DNA of 64,000 nucleotides from Gekko japonicus (Eukaryota), in NCBI RefSeq assembly GCF_001447785.1, contig NW_015171536.1, forward strand, positions 483,102 through 547,101. The letters run 5' to 3'. How positions within the stretch are numbered: position 1 is the stretch's first letter; every line of letters starts with the position of its first letter. The notes under the pieces were generated by a model. That model worked only from the letters and a program-made list of their open reading frames with translations. It was not told the DNA's origin and searched no databases. Shown piece after piece: positions 63,856 to 64,000 of the stretch. The position numbers and the translations under genes were made by a program.

Positions 63856-63957
63856 CTGTTGTTCTCTCCACAGAAAAGTAGGGCTGTCCTTGGAGAATGC
63901 TGTAAAATAGGCGGGCACCTGTATGGTCTGAAGCTGTCACCTGAATCACAGAAGTAC
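63856..63957 (-). CDS. CDH19: Type II cadherin (CDH19) coding exon, start of EC2 ([34 protein letters not shown]); the gene continues upstream of the window
   Basis: Manual translation gives the typical type II cadherin exon (GTSVIQVTA...[12 protein letters not shown]). Flanked by cctcag acceptor and gtatag donor; 102 nt, phase 1/1. Confidence 0.9.
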
Positions 63958-64000
63958 CTGAGGAAGCACAGTTTCTTATTTGCATTCACATAATGTTTGT

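Overview
Eukaryotic (vertebrate) genomic DNA. The repeat content (Squam3-like tRNA SINEs, RTE/BovB, CR1/L2, Penelope, hAT and Harbinger MITEs) points to a squamate, probably a gecko. One host gene is present: the 3' nine coding exons of a type II classical cadherin, best read as CDH19, on the minus strand (63957 down to the stop at 13775). All junctions are GT-AG and the reading frame is continuous. This cadherin has two notable in-frame changes: loss of the EC2 calcium-binding DxD loop, and degeneration of the terminal beta-catenin-binding motif. Its 25 kb intron (20025-45367) holds a ~5.6 kb, structurally complete but decayed Ngaro-type tyrosine-recombinase retrotransposon (gag/Zn finger, RT, RNase H, YR, SGNH hydrolase). 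In that element a phase-matched splice donor/acceptor pair could fuse the ORF1 N-terminus to the ATG-less hydrolase. The same intron holds a decayed KLHL21-like BTB-domain fragment and a short L1-derived element with both ends. The rest is densely nested transposon debris, including solo LTRs and MITEs with readable target-site duplications (TSDs). Family names and reference protein comparisons come from recall, not from database searches.
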